This document shows, piece after piece, positions 1-9,859 of a stretch of DNA of 64,000 bases. Position 1 is the stretch's first letter. Each line of letters starts with the position of its first letter. The stretch comes from Spirochaetaceae bacterium. Its GTDB lineage: Bacteria; Spirochaetota; Spirochaetia; DSM-2461. The notes below the pieces were generated by a model, which was not told where the DNA came from, searched no databases, and worked only from the letters and a program-made list of their open reading frames with translations. The DNA lies in assembly GCA_051531975.1 (NCBI GenBank), contig JAOPTT010000006.1, positions 462,977 to 526,976 on the forward strand. Reading direction: 5' to 3'. The position numbers and the translations under genes were made by a program.

Positions 1-91
1 TGTTACCTTGATATCCACCACCTTGACCTTGGGGTCTATTTCCTTGGTATCCACCTTGACCTTGAGGTCTATTACCTTGGTATCCACCACC
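1..91 (-). repeat. In-frame 33-36 nt tandem repeat encoding (G)GGYQGNRPQGQ in IF-2
   Basis: About 2.5 copies of ...tccaccttgaccttg(g/a)ggtctatt(t/a)ccttggta... with synonymous variation. Truncated by the window edge. Confidence 0.85.
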
Positions 92-400
92 TGTATCTGT
101 TCTTCTTTCAAAGCTACCAGATTGTCTAGGTCCAGCAGGTTTATTTGGTGTAAACGAACCGGCCTGTCTTGGGGTTGTTGGTTTTGTTGGTGTGAAAGAT
201 CCAGACGTTTTTTTTGTCTTGTCACTTTCAGTTTGATCACCACTTTTGGCTTTTACAACAACTTTATGGTGTGGTTTAGTAGAGGGACTTTTCCTACGGA
301 CAACAACAACCTTCTTTTTCTCAGTTTTGCTTACGGAGGGAGTTTCACTCTTGTGCTTTATTATTTCTGCATGTTTTTTTTCTTTATTATCGTCACTCAT
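1..400 (-). CDS. infB: Translation initiation factor IF-2, N-terminal part (runs off the window)
   Basis: Not in the ORF track. ATG at 398-400 on the minus strand opens MSDDNKEKKHAEIIKHK...KKKVVVVRRK...GGYQGNRPQGQGGYQGNRPQGQGGGYQGN to the window edge. It lies 12 nt after nusA, giving the canonical rimP-nusA-infB order. Confidence 0.85.
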   Translation of the reverse strand, partial: MSDDNKEKKHAEIIKHKSETPSVSKTEKKKVVVVRRKSPSTKPHHKVVVKAKSGDQTESDKTKKTSGSFTPTKPTTPRQAGSFTPNKPAGPRQSGSFERRTDTGGGYQGNRPQGQGGYQGNRPQGQGGGYQGN

Positions 401-412
401 AAATATTATCTA

Positions 413-1861
413 CTATTCTCCATCTTCTTCGTCTTCTACTTCAAAACTTAAGCCAACTCCACATTTTGGACAGGCTTCCATATCTAAAGTAATAGGTTCT
501 CCACATTCAGGGCATTCGAATTCTTCTTCAAATTCCTCTTCTGGGATCTCCTCATTCTCTGTATATTCTTCATCAACAATTTCTACATTGTCTCGTATAA
601 TACCTTCAAGAATCTCTGTATCTTTTTCTGAAAGACCAGGCAGATTAAGAAGTTCTGTATGGTTAGCAGCAACTAAAGTCTCTATAAGTTCAATATTATT
701 CTGATGTAAAACATCAATAAGTTTCTGAGTTATACCAGGTAGTTCTGCAATGTGAATTATTTCATCAGCTTCATCACTAAATAGTGCATGAGCTGCATCA
801 TTAGCCTCAATTGAAATATCCATATCAGCAAATTGCTCTGGAGTCTTAACATCAATACTCCAATCTACTAATCTGTTAGCTAATCGAACATTTAAACCCT
901 GCTTACCAATTGCTAGTGATAACTGATCATCTTCAACAATAGCTAAAGCTGATTTTTTCTCTTTATCAACAATATAAACATTAGATACTCTAGCTGGAGA
1001 TAAAGCATTCTTAATATATGTAGCAGGATTACTCTCATGCTTAACAATATCAATCTTTTCACCTTCAAGTTCTTTTACAATAGCTTGAATACGAATACCT
1101 TTTAAACCAACACATGCTCCAACAGCATCTACATCGTCTCTTAGAGAAGAAACAGCAAACTTTGTTCTATAACCCGGCTCTCTAACAATCTTATGAACCT
1201 TTACAGTACCATCATAAATTTCAGGAACTTCAAGCTCAAAAATATTTTGTACAAACTCAGAATGAGTTCTAGTTAATACTATTTGTAGACCACCTCGCTC
1301 ACGATTTACTTCATAAACTAAAGCTTTAATCCTGTCTCCTGGTCTGTAAATCTCTCTTGGTGATTGGTATCTTTTTGGAAGAATACCTTCTGATCTACCT
1401 AAATCAACAAAAATGTTTCCATTTTTCTCTCTCTGGTAATAACCAATTATCATTTCACCAACTTTATCCTTGTATTCAGAATATAGAGAGTCCTTTTGAA
1501 TATCTCGTAAATCTTGCTTAGCTTTTTGCTTTGCAGATTGTACTGCAACTCTATCAAAACTAGACTTATCTACTGGAATTAGAAGGTCGTCACCCAGTTC
1601 ACTTTCGCTATTATAGGTTAACGCATCCTCTAGAGTCATCTCTTCCATAGGAAATAGAACTTTTTCCATTACCTTTTTCTGAGCAAAAATCTCTACATCT
1701 GTTCTGTCTTCATTAAACTTAACAACAGCATTGTCACAATGACCGTGTTTCCTTTTATAAGCTGCAAGTAGAAAATTTTCTACTGTTTTTAATACAAGCT
1801 CTTCGGAAATACCTTTCTCCTGTTGTAGTTGTTTAATAGCTTCTGCAAAATCAGAAACCAT
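413..1861 (-). CDS. nusA: Transcription termination/antitermination factor NusA with a C-terminal zinc ribbon
   Basis: S1 and KH motifs (REPGYRTK, GACVGLKGIRI, LAIGKQGLNVRLA); C-terminal CPECG...CPKCG. Confidence 0.98.
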   Translation of the reverse strand: MVSDFAEAIKQLQQEKGISEELVLKTVENFLLAAYKRKHGHCDNAVVKFNEDRTDVEIFAQKKVMEKVLFPMEEMTLEDALTYNSESELGDDLLIPVDKSSFDRVAVQSAKQKAKQDLRDIQKDSLYSEYKDKVGEMIIGYYQREKNGNIFVDLGRSEGILPKRYQSPREIYRPGDRIKALVYEVNRERGGLQIVLTRTHSEFVQNIFELEVPEIYDGTVKVHKIVREPGYRTKFAVSSLRDDVDAVGACVGLKGIRIQAIVKELEGEKIDIVKHESNPATYIKNALSPARVSNVYIVDKEKKSALAIVEDDQLSLAIGKQGLNVRLANRLVDWSIDVKTPEQFADMDISIEANDAAHALFSDEADEIIHIAELPGITQKLIDVLHQNNIELIETLVAANHTELLNLPGLSEKDTEILEGIIRDNVEIVDEEYTENEEIPEEEFEEEFECPECGEPITLDMEACPKCGVGLSFEVEDEEDGE

Positions 1862-1876
1862 TGATGCACCTCCTTC

Positions 1877-2320
1877 CTAGTAATCTAGTTTACATTTTTG
1901 TATATCGTCGATTTTAATTTCGATCATATCATTTTTACTTTTTATGGTAACAATTCCGTCTTCCGACTTTATTAGTTCACCTTTTATATAGTCATCGTCA
2001 TCAAAAGTTAATATTTTAACTTTATTCCCAACAAAAATTGTATATTCTTCTGGGTTTTTAAAAACCCTTGTTATTCCTGGAGAAGCGATTTCTAAATAGA
2101 AGTCAAAATCTTCAGCTAACATCTCTAATCTAGGAAATAGTACTTTATGTATCGCACCACAATCATCTAAACTAACTCCACTTTTTCCATAAATAATAAC
2201 ACCAGATTTTAGCTTATTACCACTAAGTCTCTGAATATTAAAATCTACTAAAGAAAAGCCACTTTTTTCTACGATTTTCTTAGAAGCATCTCTTAAAATA
2301 TTGTCTATACTGTCAGACAT
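1877..2320 (-). CDS. rimP: Ribosome maturation factor RimP
   Basis: GVSLDDC and YLEIASPGITR motifs; upstream of nusA. Start moved to the ATG at 2320 (GGAGG upstream); the longer ORF-track start runs through the leader hairpin. Confidence 0.93.
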   Translation of the reverse strand: MSDSIDNILRDASKKIVEKSGFSLVDFNIQRLSGNKLKSGVIIYGKSGVSLDDCGAIHKVLFPRLEMLAEDFDFYLEIASPGITRVFKNPEEYTIFVGNKVKILTFDDDDYIKGELIKSEDGIVTIKSKNDMIEIKIDDIQKCKLDY

Positions 2321-2337
2321 TAATTTCCTCCGGCCAT

Positions 2338-2365
2338 AAAAAAAGAGTCTCCAAAGGGACTCTTT
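2338..2365 (-). terminator. Intrinsic terminator/attenuator in the rimP-nusA-infB leader
   Basis: Minus strand AAAGAGTC-CC-TTT-GG-A-GACTCTTT followed by further Ts, between the promoter and the rimP RBS. Confidence 0.75.
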
Positions 2366-2391
2366 AAGCTCCAAAAATAATAATTTGTTTT

Positions 2392-2420
2392 AATATAAAG
2401 TTTAATAGGGAAAATGTCAA
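2392..2420 (-). promoter_or_regulatory. Sigma70-type promoter of rimP-nusA-infB
   Basis: Minus strand TTGACA (2420-2415), 17 nt spacer, TATATT (2397-2392). The -35 overlaps the comF stop codon. Confidence 0.75.
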
Positions 2421-3064
2421 TCTCGGGACAGTGTTATAGAATAGATTCTACTACCATAAACACTAATTTTTTTTGCACAAGCATTAATTGTTGCGCCAGT
2501 AGTAAAAACATCATCAAATAATACAATATCTGATTCAATAATCAATTTTGGTGATTTCAAATAAAAACTACTATATAAGTTTTTAATTCGGGATTCTCTA
2601 TCTAATTTTTTTTGTGTTTTACTATAATGTTTTCTTAACAAATACTGTATGTTGATTCCATTTTTTACTAATTCTTTACATATTGAATCTAGTTGATATC
2701 CATTTTTTAATTTTCGTTTTAATCTAGATGTTGGTACAGGACATAAAATAGGATTATTAAAATTATTTTTAATATAATCAGATATTAAATCTGAATAATA
2801 TATAGCAAAATTTTTATCTTTTTTAAATTTAAATTGTGATAAAATTTCTTTTGGAAGACCACTGTAGCTAAAAAATGAATAATTAGAATTATATACAATT
2901 GCCTTTTCTCTACATGCTGGACAAATCTTTACAAAAGTTGAAGTTGGAATCCCACAAAACGTACATAATAATTTTTTATTTAATGTTTTTGGAAAACAGC
3001 TAGTACATAGAGGATATTTATTATCAGAAATTTCTCCACATTTGAAACAGTATTTTTTAAACAT
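2417..3064 (-). CDS. comF: ComF family protein (double zinc ribbon plus PRTase-like domain)
   Basis: Four N-terminal CxxC pairs, PVP motif, and PRPP-binding-like LFDDVFTTGAT. Confidence 0.9.
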   Translation of the reverse strand: MFKKYCFKCGEISDNKYPLCTSCFPKTLNKKLLCTFCGIPTSTFVKICPACREKAIVYNSNYSFFSYSGLPKEILSQFKFKKDKNFAIYYSDLISDYIKNNFNNPILCPVPTSRLKRKLKNGYQLDSICKELVKNGINIQYLLRKHYSKTQKKLDRESRIKNLYSSFYLKSPKLIIESDIVLFDDVFTTGATINACAKKISVYGSRIYSITLSRD

Positions 3065-3086
3065 GTAAACTATTTAGATATATTTT

Positions 3087-5675
3087 TTATAATATTTCAG
3101 ATTTTAACTCTTTCTGCCACTTAGAAACAAAATTAAGTGCTTCTAATGGTGTAGTATTATTAAAATCGATACCTTTAATTGCATTTAAAATATACTCTTC
3201 AGATGGAAAAAGTTCTTGGGAATATAAAGATTTTTTAGCAGCTTTTTTAGGTACTTCTTTTAGTTGTGTATTGTCGTCACTAATATGTTCTAGAAGAGAA
3301 TTTGCTCTATCTATAACCTGTTCTGGAACACCAGCAATTTTTGCAACATGAATACCATATGAGTTATTTGAAGCACCATTAATAACTTTTTTTAAAAACA
3401 ATATATCCTTGCCAGTCTCTTTTACAGCCATAGACAAGTTAAACATATTTGCCTCTTTTAGCTCTGTTAATTCATGATAGTGAGTTGCAAAGAGTGTTTT
3501 TGCTTGTATGTTTTCTAATATATATTCACAAATGGCCCATGCAATTGATAAGCCATCGTTTGTGCTTGTACCACGACCAACTTCATCCATTATGATTAAA
3601 GATTTTTTTGTGGCGGATCTTAAAATATTTGCAGTTTCATTCATTTCGACTAGAAAAGTTGATTCACCTCTAGCTAGATTATCGCTTGCACCTACTCTGC
3701 AAAAAATTCTATCTACTACCGATATTTTGGCACTATCTGCTGGTACAAATGATCCTGTCTGAGCCATTAAGACAATTAAAGCAACTTGCCTTAAATATGT
3801 AGATTTACCAGCCATATTAGGTCCAGTAATTAACGCAAAATTTCTCTTCTTACAGTTTATTAAAATATCATTAGATATAAATTCCCCCTGTGGTAGATGG
3901 GCTTCAACAACAGGATGCCTTCCATTAACAATATCAAGTTCACCACTATTGTTTAAATCTGGTCTTATATAACCATGAACAGTGGCTGAGTATGTAAAAG
4001 ACTGGAGAGTATCTAGATCTCCTAAATTAATAGATAAGTCCATTAAAAACTCTATTTTTGATTTAACGTTATCTCTTATATCTAAAAATAATTTTTTTTC
4101 GAGTTCTACAAGTTTTGAATGAGCACTATTAATCTCTACTTCAAAGCTATTTAATTTTTCTGTAGTAAAACGTTCACCATTTACTAATGATTGACGCCTA
4201 ATATAATTATCAGGTACTTGAGCTACATTTGATTTAGATACATCAAAAAAATAACCCAGAATCTTATTATATTTAATTTTTAAATTATTAATACCAGTTT
4301 TTTGTTTCTCTTCTGTTAGATATTCTTCTAATATAGATTTACTATGATTCTTCATATTTCTATATCTATCTATTTCACTATTAAATCCATCTTTAATCAA
4401 ATTACCTTCAGTTAACAGTATTGAAGGTTCATCATGAATGGCTTCTTCTATAACACTAAAAATCAATTCTATTTCTATACGTTGATTACTGTCGTTAAAT
4501 AGAGAAAAATCGTCCCACTCATCTAAGGTTAGATCTATTTCTAAAGATTCCTTTAAAGAATTCTTAATAGCAATTAAATCTTTCCCATGAGCTTTATCCA
4601 TAGCTACCCTAGATGACAACCGCTCTATATCTAAGATTTTATTTAATTTCTCTCTTAATGATGAAAGAAGTGATTGTGAAATGTAAAGATATTCAACCTT
4701 ATCTTGTCTCTGTTTAATCTCTTTTAAATCCTTTAAAGGATGTGTTAGCCATCTTCTAATGTTTCTTCCACCCATTGGTGATTGTGTAAAATCTAAAACA
4801 TCTAATAGAGTATAATTTTTTGTATTATCCTGAAGGTTCCTAACAATTTCTAGATTTTTTTGAGTTGATTCATCTAAGTTAAGATAATCGGAATCTGTAT
4901 AAAATTTCAGTGTCCTTAAATGTGGTAACATAGATTTGGATTTTTCTGAAATATATTCTAGTATAACTCCAGGAGCCAATAATGATATATCAAACTCAGT
5001 AAATCCAAAACCTTTTAAAGTATTTACTTCAAATTGCTGCTTTAATCTCTCAACGGAAGTATCAAGTTGAAAGGACCATTCTGGATATCTATTTAAAACA
5101 TAGGTTCCAGAACTTAATATTTGCTCTAATATCCTGTCTTCTAAAAGAGTCTCTTGAATTATGATTTCTTTAGGGAATACTCTGGCAATCTCTTTACGTA
5201 ATTTATCTCCACGCTCTGCCCAATCAAAGCTAGTAGTTTTAAATTCTCCAGTAGAAAGATCAACATATGAGAAAGATAGTCCTTTTTCAGAACCTCCAAA
5301 AGCAGCCAAATAATTATTACTTGCAGAATCCAAGAATTTCTCATCTACAATTGTTCCAGGAGTAATAATTTCAACTACTTCCCTTGTTGCTATACCTTTA
5401 CCACCTACAGGCATAGCAGTCTGTTCACATATGGCTATTTTTTGTCCCTGGGATAAAAGCCTTCCAATATAGTTAGGAGCAGAATGATATGGTATTCCAC
5501 ACATCTGTATTCCGCCTCTTTTTGTTAAAGTTATATTAAGCATTTTACTGACTTCTACAGCATCCTGATTAAACATTTCATAAAAATCTCCTAACCTAAA
5601 AAAAAGAACTGATCCTTTATTTTCTGCTTTGAGTTTATTGTATTGAATCATCATTGGTGTATCATTAGAAGCCAT
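3087..5675 (-). CDS. mutS: DNA mismatch repair protein MutS
   Basis: TPMMxQY, FFRLGDFYEMF, Walker A TGPNMAGKST, STFLVEM, DEVGRGTST. Confidence 0.99.
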   Translation of the reverse strand: MASNDTPMMIQYNKLKAENKGSVLFFRLGDFYEMFNQDAVEVSKMLNITLTKRGGIQMCGIPYHSAPNYIGRLLSQGQKIAICEQTAMPVGGKGIATREVVEIITPGTIVDEKFLDSASNNYLAAFGGSEKGLSFSYVDLSTGEFKTTSFDWAERGDKLRKEIARVFPKEIIIQETLLEDRILEQILSSGTYVLNRYPEWSFQLDTSVERLKQQFEVNTLKGFGFTEFDISLLAPGVILEYISEKSKSMLPHLRTLKFYTDSDYLNLDESTQKNLEIVRNLQDNTKNYTLLDVLDFTQSPMGGRNIRRWLTHPLKDLKEIKQRQDKVEYLYISQSLLSSLREKLNKILDIERLSSRVAMDKAHGKDLIAIKNSLKESLEIDLTLDEWDDFSLFNDSNQRIEIELIFSVIEEAIHDEPSILLTEGNLIKDGFNSEIDRYRNMKNHSKSILEEYLTEEKQKTGINNLKIKYNKILGYFFDVSKSNVAQVPDNYIRRQSLVNGERFTTEKLNSFEVEINSAHSKLVELEKKLFLDIRDNVKSKIEFLMDLSINLGDLDTLQSFTYSATVHGYIRPDLNNSGELDIVNGRHPVVEAHLPQGEFISNDILINCKKRNFALITGPNMAGKSTYLRQVALIVLMAQTGSFVPADSAKISVVDRIFCRVGASDNLARGESTFLVEMNETANILRSATKKSLIIMDEVGRGTSTNDGLSIAWAICEYILENIQAKTLFATHYHELTELKEANMFNLSMAVKETGKDILFLKKVINGASNNSYGIHVAKIAGVPEQVIDRANSLLEHISDDNTQLKEVPKKAAKKSLYSQELFPSEEYILNAIKGIDFNNTTPLEALNFVSKWQKELKSEIL

Positions 5676-5680
5676 TACTA

Positions 5681-5992
5681 TTATTTCTCCGATTTAGGTG
5701 GGTGTAGTACTCTATCAGACTTTTCTTCGAATGGTTTGTAATATATTGCAATATGCCCAATTATTCTTACTAACGATGAGTCAGTAAACTCTTCTAATTC
5801 AATTGAGATATCTCTTTTAAGTTCCCTATTACTACTAAATTTAACTTTTACAAGTTCATTATGTTTAAATGCTTCATTTGTAGCTTTTCCGATGCCTTCT
5901 GTTAATCCATCTTTTCCAACATAGACTACAGGTTTTATTTTATGTGAGTTCTTTGTTAGATAGTTTCTCTGGGAGCTTGTTAGTTTTATCAT
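5681..5992 (-). CDS. yhbY: YhbY/CRM-domain RNA-binding protein
   Basis: LTSSQRNYL, KPVVYVGKDG, HNELVKVK, IIGHIAIYY. Start at ATG 5992 behind GGAGG. Confidence 0.9.
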   Translation of the reverse strand: MIKLTSSQRNYLTKNSHKIKPVVYVGKDGLTEGIGKATNEAFKHNELVKVKFSSNRELKRDISIELEEFTDSSLVRIIGHIAIYYKPFEEKSDRVLHPPKSEK

Positions 5993-6073
5993 TGATCCTC
6001 CATGATACAATTATTATTACTTAAATTAACCTAAATCCTATAAAAATAATAGTATCCAGTGTAAAATCAAGAC

Positions 6074-6790
6074 ATGAATTTAATACTTTTTAAAGATGAT
6101 GAAACTTTAGGCTTTTTAGATGCCTCAGACTACAGAACTATACATATAAATAAAATTATCAAAAGTTGTATTGGTGATACTTTAGATATAGGTGTTATTG
6201 GTGGAAAAAAAGGAAAAATGACTATAAAATCGATTTCAACTAAAGGAATAGATTTTGAATATAAGTTAACAGCTGATTCCCCAGGTTTATATCCAATAAC
6301 ATTAATAATTGGGACTCCAAGACCTCCTGTGGCTAAAAGACTTTTAAAAGATCTCTCAACATCAGGGGTAGAGAAAATAATAATGTGTGCAACAGATTTA
6401 GGTGAAAAAACATATCTAACAAGTAAACTCTGGAGAGAAGAACAGTATATAAACTATGTAATAGATGGTGGAATACAAGGAGAATCAACAATTATCCCTG
6501 AGGTTGATAAATTTTATTCACTTAAAAAAGCAATAGATTCAATCCCTGATGGCTATGATAGGCTAGCAATGGATAATATAAGCCCTGATCTAACCCTTTC
6601 TTCATATAAGCCAATTAATGATAAAGTTGTAATTTGTATTGGTGGCGAACGTGGTTTTTCTGATAGAGAGAGAGAACTACTAAAAGATTCAGGTTATAGT
6701 ATATTTAAAATTGGTGACCGAATATTAAGAACAGAGACAGCTTGTCACCATGTTCTAGGTAGTATTTTAACCATTAAAGGTCTAATTTAA
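6074..6790 (+). CDS. rsmE: 16S rRNA m3U1498 methyltransferase RsmE
   Basis: SPOUT motifs IGGERGFS and IGDRILRTETA. Confidence 0.9.
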   Translation: MNLILFKDDETLGFLDASDYRTIHINKIIKSCIGDTLDIGVIGGKKGKMTIKSISTKGIDFEYKLTADSPGLYPITLIIGTPRPPVAKRLLKDLSTSGVEKIIMCATDLGEKTYLTSKLWREEQYINYVIDGGIQGESTIIPEVDKFYSLKKAIDSIPDGYDRLAMDNISPDLTLSSYKPINDKVVICIGGERGFSDRERELLKDSGYSIFKIGDRILRTETACHHVLGSILTIKGLI

Positions 6791-7541
6791 AAGTTACTAT
6801 AAGTGGATTATGATCGCTATTTTTTGTTTTTAAAACATAGGGTTCTTTTTCAACTTTTAGATTTCTATAATATATATGATCTAAAGGATGGATAAACATA
6901 AATTTCTTAACATGTTTTTGATGTTCTAATGGAAAGTTTACTTTTTTTAGACCAATATTTGTTAAAATTATATCAAGTATTTTAGTTCTTTTTTTATTCC
7001 ATGTATTAAAATCACCACTTAAAATTACTGGACCACTGAAAGATTTTATAGTCGATTCTAGTTGTTGGACCTGGCTTATAAACTTCCAAAACCCTACAAA
7101 ATTAATTGCATGTATATTAATAACTAATAAAGTTTTGTTATCTATGGAATATGTTGTGGATAAAAATATTTTTGGTATCTTGATAAAAGGTTCATAAGCA
7201 TGTGAATGTATAACATTTACACTATTATAGTTACTCAAACTTGCAGATAATACACCAGAATGATGGTTTTTAAAAAGATCTATAAAATTTGGAGCAAAAA
7301 CAAATCCATAATGTTCAAAATTAAGTAAATACTCTAATCCTTTCTTAAATTGACACTCTTGTAATAAGATTATAGAGGGTTCATATTCTTCGATTAAGTT
7401 TTTAAACTCATCTTGCCACTTATTGTGACTGTTTCTTTTTTGAATATTCCAGTTTAATAATTTTATAGTATTAGATAATTGTATATTTGACTCTGTGTGA
7501 TTCTCAATGAAATAGCTAGTTTTTTTAAACCTTTTTTTCAT
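6774..7541 (-). CDS. Endonuclease/exonuclease/phosphatase family protein (YafD/UPF0294-like)
   Basis: LNWNIQK, LLQE, NIHAINF, GDFNTW, LDHIYY and SDHNP motifs. Confidence 0.85.
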   Translation of the reverse strand: MKKRFKKTSYFIENHTESNIQLSNTIKLLNWNIQKRNSHNKWQDEFKNLIEEYEPSIILLQECQFKKGLEYLLNFEHYGFVFAPNFIDLFKNHHSGVLSASLSNYNSVNVIHSHAYEPFIKIPKIFLSTTYSIDNKTLLVINIHAINFVGFWKFISQVQQLESTIKSFSGPVILSGDFNTWNKKRTKILDIILTNIGLKKVNFPLEHQKHVKKFMFIHPLDHIYYRNLKVEKEPYVLKTKNSDHNPLIVTFKLDL

Positions 7542-7566
7542 AATAAATCCTAGTTATAAAGTATAA

Positions 7567-7597
7567 GGGCTTCTCTTATTAATAATAGGAGAAGCCC
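7567..7597. terminator. Stem-loop downstream of typA (probable terminator)
   Basis: gggcttctc-ttatt-aat-aatag-gagaagccc inverted repeat about 20 nt after the typA stop; weak U-tract. Confidence 0.6.
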
Positions 7598-7618
7598 ATA
7601 CAATTGTCAAAAAAATGA

Positions 7619-9448
7619 CTATGATTCTTTTTTATTTTTAGCCTGTTTTCTAGCATTAGCTGTAAGTAATTTTTTTCGAAGTCTGATTGATTTTGGTGTA
7701 ACCTCTACCATTTCGTCTTCTAAAATAATATTTATAGCTCTCTCTAAACTCATTGGAGTTACAGGAGTTAATACTACAGCATCATCTTTACCAGATGCTC
7801 TAACATTTGATAACTGCTTTGCTTTACAAGGGTTAATTGTTAAATCATGTTCTTTATTTCGAACACCAATAATCATACCTTCATATATTGGAGCACCAGC
7901 TTCAATATACATTGTACCCCTTGGTTCTAAGTGGAACAGAGCGTAAGGAACAGCGTTTCCAGGTCTATCAGCAACTAATGACCCTGTAAGTCTTGCTGGA
8001 ATTGCACCTTTATACTCTTCAAATCCTGCAGATATTGAGTTCATAATACCAGAACCCTTAGTATCAGTTAAAAATTCATCTCTATAACCAATTAAAGATC
8101 TAGAAGGTACTAAGAAATCAATCTTACATCTTCCACCATGTTCAGTTATGAAGTTAGACATTATACCTTTTTTCTTTGATATTTTCTCAATTACAATACC
8201 TGAATGTACTTCTTCACAGTCAACACTTAAATGCTCCATTGGCTCCATTAGTTTTCCATCTTTTTTATGACAGATAACTTCTGGTCTACCAACACAAAGC
8301 TCAAAACCTTCACGTCTCATCTCTTCGATAATAATAGCCATTTGAAGTTCACCACGACCTTTAACTATCCAACCGTCACCGTCTTCTGCAGGTGCAACTT
8401 GAATTGCAACATTATTTAATGTCTCTTTTTCTAGTCTAGCCTGTATTTTACTACCTTGTACAAGTTTACCCTCTTTTCCAACTAATGGAGAAGTATTAAT
8501 TGTAAACCTCATAGATACAGTAGGCTCTTCAACCTCTAATCTTGGTAAAGCTTCAGGACCATTTTCTGCACAGATAGTATCACCAATAGAAACCCCGGTC
8601 ACTCCGGATAATACAACAATATCACCTGGTTGAGCTTCAGCTACGTCTTCGTATCCAATCCCTTTATACACTTGAAGTTTTGATACTTTAAGTGGAGTGC
8701 GGTCACCATTTTTATCGATGCAAATTAATTTGTCTTTTACACCAACTGTTCCATTATGGATCTTACCAATTGCTAATCGACCTAAAAAGTCTGAATAACT
8801 TAGGTCACAAACTAACATTTGAAATGGTATATTAATATTATGTGTTGGTCCTGGAATCTCTTCTACAATAGAATCAAAAAGTACATTTAAGTTTGTATCA
8901 GTATCTTCTAAGTTTTTCTTAGCAATACCGTCTCTACCAACTGCATATATTACAGGGAACTCTAACTGCTCATCTGTTGCATCTAAATCAATTAACAAAT
9001 CGTTAACTTCATCAAATACAGCTAATGGTCTAGCATCATGTCTATCAATTTTATTAATTAAAACTGTTAAATGTAGTCCTAGTCTTAAAGCTTTGTCTAA
9101 AACAAATCTTGTTTGAGGTAAAGGTCCCTCCGATGCATCTACAAGTAATATTACACCATCAACCATAGATAAAGCTCTTTCAACTTCTCCACCAAAGTCG
9201 GCATGTCCTGGTGTATCTAATATATTTATTTTAATACCTTTCCAATCTACTTCACAGTTTTTGGCAGATATTGTAATACCTCTTTCCTTTTCAAGATCCT
9301 GGCTATCCATTAATCTTTCTTCTACGGATGCCCCTTCTCTAAAAGTTCCAGCCTGTTTAAACATTGCATCTACAAGTGTAGTTTTACCATGATCAACATG
9401 GGCTATTATAGCGATATTTCTTATCTTTTCATTCTGTCTTATTGGCAC
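7619..9448 (-). CDS. typA: Translational GTPase TypA/BipA
   Basis: AHVDHGKTT, RGITI, DTPGHADFGGEVER, GRGELQM, VEVTPKSIRLRK. GTG start. Confidence 0.98.
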   Translation of the reverse strand: MPIRQNEKIRNIAIIAHVDHGKTTLVDAMFKQAGTFREGASVEERLMDSQDLEKERGITISAKNCEVDWKGIKINILDTPGHADFGGEVERALSMVDGVILLVDASEGPLPQTRFVLDKALRLGLHLTVLINKIDRHDARPLAVFDEVNDLLIDLDATDEQLEFPVIYAVGRDGIAKKNLEDTDTNLNVLFDSIVEEIPGPTHNINIPFQMLVCDLSYSDFLGRLAIGKIHNGTVGVKDKLICIDKNGDRTPLKVSKLQVYKGIGYEDVAEAQPGDIVVLSGVTGVSIGDTICAENGPEALPRLEVEEPTVSMRFTINTSPLVGKEGKLVQGSKIQARLEKETLNNVAIQVAPAEDGDGWIVKGRGELQMAIIIEEMRREGFELCVGRPEVICHKKDGKLMEPMEHLSVDCEEVHSGIVIEKISKKKGIMSNFITEHGGRCKIDFLVPSRSLIGYRDEFLTDTKGSGIMNSISAGFEEYKGAIPARLTGSLVADRPGNAVPYALFHLEPRGTMYIEAGAPIYEGMIIGVRNKEHDLTINPCKAKQLSNVRASGKDDAVVLTPVTPMSLERAINIILEDEMVEVTPKSIRLRKKLLTANARKQAKNKKES

Positions 9449-9574
9449 GGTTTTTTCCTTATGTCAAATACTAATTTCTATTAAGTATGGAAGATACTCT
9501 TATTAAGGTATAATTACAATAGTAAAGAAAACTGATAGACAACATTTTATGAATTAAATTAGACTGTTAATTGA

Positions 9575-9811
9575 AATGCAGATAAAGTAATACAAGATAG
9601 TGTCGGGTATGCAATTAAATTACAAACTTTTCTACTAAAATCGAGTGTAGATATCTCATCTGTTCACCCTCCTATATTAAATAACACTTATTTTTTTGTT
9701 GGTAAAAACCAAGAATTTCTTGAAAAATTAGAAGAGATTCTACGTGTTCTCGCTAGGTTTACTAACATTATGAGAGCACCTCACGTTATAGTTTTTAATA
9801 ATAAATCATAA
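9575..9811 (+). pseudogene. Possible gene remnant (78-codon open frame without a 5' start)
   Basis: Frame NADKVIQDSVGYAIK...VHPPILNNTYFFVGKNQEFLEKLEEILRVL...KS* is bounded upstream by a stop and has no canonical start near its 5' end. Confidence 0.3.
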
Positions 9812-9827
9812 ATTTCATATTTAAACG

Positions 9828-9855
9828 TTGACATATAATAAATCTGTGATAAGTT
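9828..9855 (+). promoter_or_regulatory. Sigma70-type promoter of the lacI-family gene
   Basis: TTGACA (9828-9833), 16 nt spacer, extended -10 TGa-TAAGTT (9847-9855). Confidence 0.55.
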
Positions 9856-9859
9856 TAGA

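Noticed and set aside
1..91. ~33-bp tandem repeat as a CRISPR or non-coding VNTR
   Set aside because: It is in frame within infB, varies synonymously, and has no unique spacers.
8..704. Plus-strand ORFs 8-451 and 246-704, and the other short antisense or nested ORFs in the track
   Set aside because: They are shadows of well-supported genes on the opposite strand or in another frame.
9442..9458. Sigma54-like site TTGGCACGGTTTTTTCC
   Set aside because: The -12 GC is replaced by TC, and the sequence is the antisense of the typA start codon region.
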